Source of the DNA: an uncultured Verrucomicrobiae bacterium
GTDB taxonomy: Bacteria > Verrucomicrobiota > Verrucomicrobiia > Chthoniobacterales > Xiphinematobacteraceae
DNA length: 64,000 nt
Assembly (NCBI GenBank): GCA_963706715.1
Contig: CAVPNI010000002.1
Coordinates: 256,001-320,000 of the forward strand
Direction: 5' to 3'
Every line of letters starts with the position of its first letter. Within the stretch, counting starts at the first letter, position 1. The position numbers and the translations under genes were made by a program. The notes under the pieces are model-generated. The model saw only the letters and a program-made list of their open reading frames with translations. It had not been told where the DNA came from and did not search any database. Below are positions 59,466 through 64,000 of the stretch, one piece after another.

Positions 59466-60980
59466 CTAATAAGATTTGGCAAAAACGACGCGTTGAGCGC
59501 TAGGTTCTCCCGTGAAAATACAGATTCCTGGTTCCGGTGACGGGGCTGCCGGAATACACCGAATCGTTACCTTGAGGTCTTCTTTGAGCTTTTGCTCGAC
59601 GGCCGCTGAACCATTCCAGTGAGCCAATGCGAATCCCCCATGGATTTCAGGTTTGTTTGTACTTTTTGGTGTGAAAAATTGATAAAATTCTTCCTGCGTG
59701 TCGATGGAACGCGTGTGAAGATCGCGAAATTGGGTAGCGCGGTTCAACAGGTTTTTCTGCATGTCCGTTAAAAGCGTAGGGATCTCTGAAACGGCTTGTT
59801 TCGTAGAAAGAACGCGTTTCTCCTTAGGAGCATGATCACGCTGGGAAAGCACAACGGAGTCGCCCTCAAGATCGCGAGGACCGAGTTCAAGGCGTATCGG
59901 GACACCTTTCTTAAGCCATTCCCAGTTTTTCACCCCACCGCCCAAATCGCGAGTATCTAATTCCACATGGAGGGATTGACCGTAAAAAGATTGTTCACGG
60001 AGTCTTGCGGCAAGAGACTCTGCTTTTGCCAGAACTGAGGCCCGCGTTTCCTCCTTGGGCGTAATGGGGATGATGACAACGTGTGCAGGCGCTATGCGAG
60101 GTGGTAGGATCAGCCCGTTATCGTCACTATGCATCATAACCAGCGTTCCGATCAGACGGGTACTGACGCCCCAGCTAGTAGTCCAAGCATATTCAAGTTG
60201 GCCTGTGCGCGATTGAAACTGGATGCCCGAGGCTCGTGAAAAATTTTGGCCTAGAAAGTGGGAAGTACCGGCTTGAATTGCTTTGCAATCTTGCACTATG
60301 GTCTCAATACAATAGGTACGCAAAGCCCCAGGGAAACGCTCAGCCGCAGTTTTTTCGCCGCTGATAATCGGCAAGGCAAGATAGTCGCGCGCAAAAGTCG
60401 TGTAAATTTGCAGCATCTTTTCAGTCTCTTCGACCGCTTCGGCCTCTGTTTCGTGCACAGTGTGGCCCTCCTGCCAAAGAAATTCAGTGGTTCGTAAAAA
60501 CAAACGAGGGCGCATTTCCCAACGGACGACGTTGGCCCATTGATTGAGAAGAATAGGAAGATCACGGTATGAGTTGACCCATTTGGAGACCGTGGCCCCA
60601 ATGACCGTTTCCGACGTTGGACGGACTACCAAAGGTTCAGCAAGTGGCGAAGTCGGCACGAGTTTGCCGTCACGTGTTTCAAGCCGATGGTGAGTGACTA
60701 CTGCACATTCCTTTGCAAAGCCTTCGACATGCTCCGCTTCCTTTTGAAGATGACTCAGGGGGATAAATAAAGGAAAATAGGCGTTGCGGTGACCAGTGTC
60801 TTTAAACATCCGGTCGAGGACAGCTTGCATGTTTTCCCAAAGTGCATACCCCCACGGTTTGATGACCATGCATCCCCTTACTTCGGAATTTTCGGCTAAA
60901 TCACCAGCTCGGACGACTTGCTGATACCATTCCGGAAAATCCTCCTCGCGAGTGGGACTGATGGCATGTTGCGATTTCAT
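59466..60980 (-). CDS. proS: prolyl-tRNA synthetase, archaeal/eukaryote type
   Basis: WYQQVV, VRPTSET, NQWANVVRWE, EFLWQEGHT, QAGTSH.LGQNF, C-terminal AKSY. Confidence 0.96.
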   Translation of the reverse strand: MKSQHAISPTREEDFPEWYQQVVRAGDLAENSEVRGCMVIKPWGYALWENMQAVLDRMFKDTGHRNAYFPLFIPLSHLQKEAEHVEGFAKECAVVTHHRLETRDGKLVPTSPLAEPLVVRPTSETVIGATVSKWVNSYRDLPILLNQWANVVRWEMRPRLFLRTTEFLWQEGHTVHETEAEAVEETEKMLQIYTTFARDYLALPIISGEKTAAERFPGALRTYCIETIVQDCKAIQAGTSHFLGQNFSRASGIQFQSRTGQLEYAWTTSWGVSTRLIGTLVMMHSDDNGLILPPRIAPAHVVIIPITPKEETRASVLAKAESLAARLREQSFYGQSLHVELDTRDLGGGVKNWEWLKKGVPIRLELGPRDLEGDSVVLSQRDHAPKEKRVLSTKQAVSEIPTLLTDMQKNLLNRATQFRDLHTRSIDTQEEFYQFFTPKSTNKPEIHGGFALAHWNGSAAVEQKLKEDLKVTIRCIPAAPSPEPGICIFTGEPSAQRVVFAKSY

Positions 60981-60993
60981 GAAAAGCTCAATC

Positions 60994-62109
60994 TTACCCC
61001 GGAAGATTTTTTAAAAACGACTCAAAAAATTCAGCTCCTTGCTCCAAGTCGGAAATTTTTAGAAATTCATCCGCTATATGGGCTTGTTCAATGGAGCCTG
61101 GACCAATTGCTACGGCTGGTGTACCTACCGCTGCAAAAGAGGTGGCATCACAAAACCAGGACGCCGCTGCCAGCCCTGCGCCCATTGTTAAAAGTTGTTG
61201 AATGATGGGGTGATCAGGCGATGTGTCCAGAGGAGGCGATTCGCGTTCTTCAAATTCCAAATCAGGAAAGTTTCGAAGGAGGTCCTCTTTAAAGTCGTCT
61301 ATATTTTGTCCCGGTACTGTCCGGATATCCAAGACGGCTTCACAGAGATCGGGCACGATATTGTGTCGCATCCCACCGTGAATCATCCCAACATTGACCG
61401 TCGGAGTCCCAAGATCCGAATGGACCAGCTTGCTGAGCTGGGGTGTTGCAACCAATTGGACCCAATGGAGGACATTTGTCATTTTCAGTATGGCATTTTG
61501 TCCTTTTTCAGGTGAGGACCCATGTGCGGCGAGGCCGCGGGTACGAAGTTTTAACCAGAGGTTCCCCTTTGTTTTGTGGACTACTTGCAGATGGGTAGGT
61601 TCTCCGATCACCACAAAATCAAAATGCTTCCCGCCAGCTAACTTTCGAGAGCCCGTTTGACGAGTTTCCTCATCTGCGAGTCCGGCAAACCAAACTTCCC
61701 AAGGGAATTGAGAAATTTGGTCTTTGCATTTGTGCAAAGCCCAGAGCATCGCTGCCATGGAACCTTTTGTATCAGTGGCACCACGTCCCCAAATGCGCCC
61801 ATCCCGTATTTCCGCTGAAAAAGGGGGAATAGTCATTCCCGCTACCGACACCGTATCCAAGTGCGGAGCAAAGAGTAATCGGGGTTTTTTGGTTTGGCTT
61901 GCAGAGGGGAAGCAAGCGAGAACGTTTGGACGTCCGGGCAGTGCTTCCTGAAAAGAGACATTTGCTCCCAGACATTGCAACAACTCCCCCACATAAGTAG
62001 CAATTGCGGATTCTCCTGTGGTGCTGCAACCAGCATCTCCTTCGGGATTCACACTTGGAATACGAATCAGCTCTTGGAGGAGAGCTCCGGCAGAGATGGG
62101 CCAAATCAT
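60994..62109 (-). CDS. M20 family metallopeptidase (ArgE/DapE-like)
   Basis: HLDTV, GRGATDTKG, DEE, GEPT, GPGSIEQAH..DE. Confidence 0.9.
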   Translation of the reverse strand: MIWPISAGALLQELIRIPSVNPEGDAGCSTTGESAIATYVGELLQCLGANVSFQEALPGRPNVLACFPSASQTKKPRLLFAPHLDTVSVAGMTIPPFSAEIRDGRIWGRGATDTKGSMAAMLWALHKCKDQISQFPWEVWFAGLADEETRQTGSRKLAGGKHFDFVVIGEPTHLQVVHKTKGNLWLKLRTRGLAAHGSSPEKGQNAILKMTNVLHWVQLVATPQLSKLVHSDLGTPTVNVGMIHGGMRHNIVPDLCEAVLDIRTVPGQNIDDFKEDLLRNFPDLEFEERESPPLDTSPDHPIIQQLLTMGAGLAAASWFCDATSFAAVGTPAVAIGPGSIEQAHIADEFLKISDLEQGAEFFESFLKNLPG

Positions 62110-62197
62110 TTTGCTGTGGTTCTATCGAAGAAAGGTAACTTGTAGTGCAACAAAAACATTATTTTGTAACTTCGGCTTCTAAAGGAAACTGACGAAG

Positions 62198-63139
62198 TCA
62201 GTGCTCCCGAAACCATTTCACAAACTTTTGAATACCAGCATCGATTTTAATTTGCGGATGGTAATTGAGAAGCGCGCGTGCCTTCGAGATATTCGCATAG
62301 GTCTGGGGCATCTCGCCCTTTTGTTCAGGTAAGGATTCAAAAATCGCTTTTTTCCCTACAGCATCTTCAATCAGGTTGATTAGTTCATTTAATGTCGTCG
62401 TTTCACTTTCCCCCAAATTAAAAATATCAAAATCCGATCCTTCGTATCGCAAAGCTGCGAGTACACCCTGAATGATATCGTCGATGTAAGTATAATCTCG
62501 TCGCGAGGAACCGTCTCCAAACTTTGAAATAGGACGCCCTTCGGCGATGGATTTTGTAAATTTATAAATCGCCAAATCGGGACGTTGTCCAGGACCATAA
62601 ACAGTAAAAAAACGAAGACAGACAACGCGGAGCCCATAGAGATTAGAAAAATTTCCGCAGAGATGTTCTCCCGCCAATTTAGTCGCTGCATAAGGACTCA
62701 ATGTCTGCGGAAGAGGCAGATCCTCAGAAAACGGAACACGTTTTGCAAGGCCGTAAACAGATGAACTGGAGGCAAACAAAAATCTACGCACCCTTGTGCG
62801 CCGTGCCGCTTCCAAGAGGCGAAACGTGCCATCAATATTTGTCTTTAAATAAAGTTCCGGATGCTGAATGGAGGGCCGAACTCCAGCTCGAGCGGCAAGG
62901 TGAGCCACACAATCAAATTGCGTCTGATTAAAAAGACCATCCACAGTGTTGGCATCGCAAATATCGCCCTCTACGATTCTAGCTCTGTTTCCAAACGCGG
63001 CTACATTTTTCCGTTTGAGTGTTGGAGAATAAAAATCATTAAAATCATCCAGGACAACGACCTCATGCCCCTCACCGAGTAAAGCGCGGACGAGGTGTGA
63101 CCCGATGAATCCTGCGCCCCCCGTCACTAATATTCTCAT
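62198..63139 (-). CDS. NAD-dependent epimerase (UDP-glucuronate 4-epimerase-like)
   Basis: TGGAGFIGSH, HLAARAGVRPS, YAATK, LRFFTVYGP.QRPD. Confidence 0.92.
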   Translation of the reverse strand: MRILVTGGAGFIGSHLVRALLGEGHEVVVLDDFNDFYSPTLKRKNVAAFGNRARIVEGDICDANTVDGLFNQTQFDCVAHLAARAGVRPSIQHPELYLKTNIDGTFRLLEAARRTRVRRFLFASSSSVYGLAKRVPFSEDLPLPQTLSPYAATKLAGEHLCGNFSNLYGLRVVCLRFFTVYGPGQRPDLAIYKFTKSIAEGRPISKFGDGSSRRDYTYIDDIIQGVLAALRYEGSDFDIFNLGESETTTLNELINLIEDAVGKKAIFESLPEQKGEMPQTYANISKARALLNYHPQIKIDAGIQKFVKWFREH

Positions 63140-63230
63140 TTTAAGAACCTACGGAGAGAGCAAAAGTTCCGGCAAGCATTTTTAAATTCGCCGTCCAGAG
63201 ATGCAATCCGCCAACTTCGTTGGTTTCTTT

Positions 63231-63324
63231 TATACCCATCGCCATTGAAGATACCGCCGACTTGATCTCTCGTATCAACGACTTTCATTCCATTCAGACG
63301 GTTTCTTCATGTTGAATGGGTATA
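63231..63324. mobile_element. 94-bp ERIC-like MITE (family C), copy 2
   Basis: TATACCCATC...ATGGGTATA; same length as 9626..9719 with a handful of substitutions. Confidence 0.82.
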
Positions 63325-63421
63325 GAAGCCGGTAACTGCAAATGCGGCCTATTTTGAACTGATACCGTTTCCAAAAGAAACGGGCGTAGTCCGTCAGGAA
63401 AATTCAGAACCTGCATAAGGC

Positions 63422-64000
63422 CTATCCATTTGAATTCTCTGAAGCGGAATATGAAGAACAAGACTGCCTGCGGTCATTCATATCTTCTTCCATAGCTCGA
63501 ACTTCGTTGCTGAGAGGACGCGGAAAAACAAACACATGTCGAATGTTTCCCTGATCCAGTGGAGACAGCGAGAGGCGATCACCTAGAAACCGCGATTCCA
63601 CACGTACAACGAGATTTTCGACCGGTATGAGCAGGCTCAACCAACTCCAGCCCTTCTTGCCAAGGAAGTACAGAGGAGCAGTAGTGGGAGTAAGTGCAAC
63701 TAACCAACCTCGCACGTGTGAGGGGAATGTCGTGGAAGAAGCTGATGCACAGGGGAGTGCCCAAGCAATCTCACAGGGTCCCGTACACAGACGTGCAATT
63801 TGTTGATACACCGCAGGAGGAATCCAAGAAGGAAGGACGCCTTCAAATGGTTTCCATGCGGGAGCGTTGAGTTTGCTTCCTAAAAGCCAAACAATGATTC
63901 GCATCCTCCCCAGAATACGGGGCATTAAAATGAGCAACGTCACAAAAAAGACCAAAACCACCCCAAATGCGATCACAGGCTTGAAATAAACTAAAAACAA
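63422..64000 (-). CDS. hypothetical membrane protein, 5'-truncated by window end
   Basis: Open frame to the edge with a hydrophobic helix. Confidence 0.55.
   Translation of the reverse strand: MFLVYFKPVIAFGVVLVFFVTLLILMPRILGRMRIIVWLLGSKLNAPAWKPFEGVLPSWIPPAVYQQIARLCTGPCEIAWALPCASASSTTFPSHVRGWLVALTPTTAPLYFLGKKGWSWLSLLIPVENLVVRVESRFLGDRLSLSPLDQGNIRHVFVFPRPLSNEVRAMEEDMNDRRQSCSSYSASENSNG

Noticed and set aside
1..64000. tRNA, rRNA, riboswitch or CRISPR array; GC-skew switch
   Set aside because: None was recognisable by eye; spot checks of skew were inconsistent and need computation.

Overview
Bacterial chromosomal window, probably Verrucomicrobiota (Chthoniobacterales-like). This placement is an inference from gene content: futalosine-pathway mqnD, archaeal/eukaryote-type proS, K+-independent H+-PPase, GlgM-type glgA, and nrdR followed by an ATP-cone-like partner. 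Most of the window is housekeeping genes (pyrD, valS, folD, purB, proC, rlmN, fabG, obg, uvrA, proS and others). Bases 2.2-9.7 kb are a nest of mobile DNA: half of an IS630-type MITE, a complete class IIC-like group II intron, the 3' half of an IS630, two IS701s, an IS66 and an ISL3. The main observation is that the intron appears to target hairpins inside IS630-type elements (predicted EBS1 CGGU). Its two flanks come from different host elements, which suggests intron-mediated recombination, and the resulting unit is bounded by IS630-type TIRs. The window also holds up to four MITE families (one nested inside another, one ERIC-like), a 20-bp intron 3'-end remnant and a dif-like site at the radC start. 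Other items are an NrdR box upstream of nrdR, an intact PIN toxin with a frameshifted antitoxin, a G-quadruplex-like leader, and an uncharacterised glycosyltransferase pair with an ABC exporter. All calls are by eye; no database searches were run.
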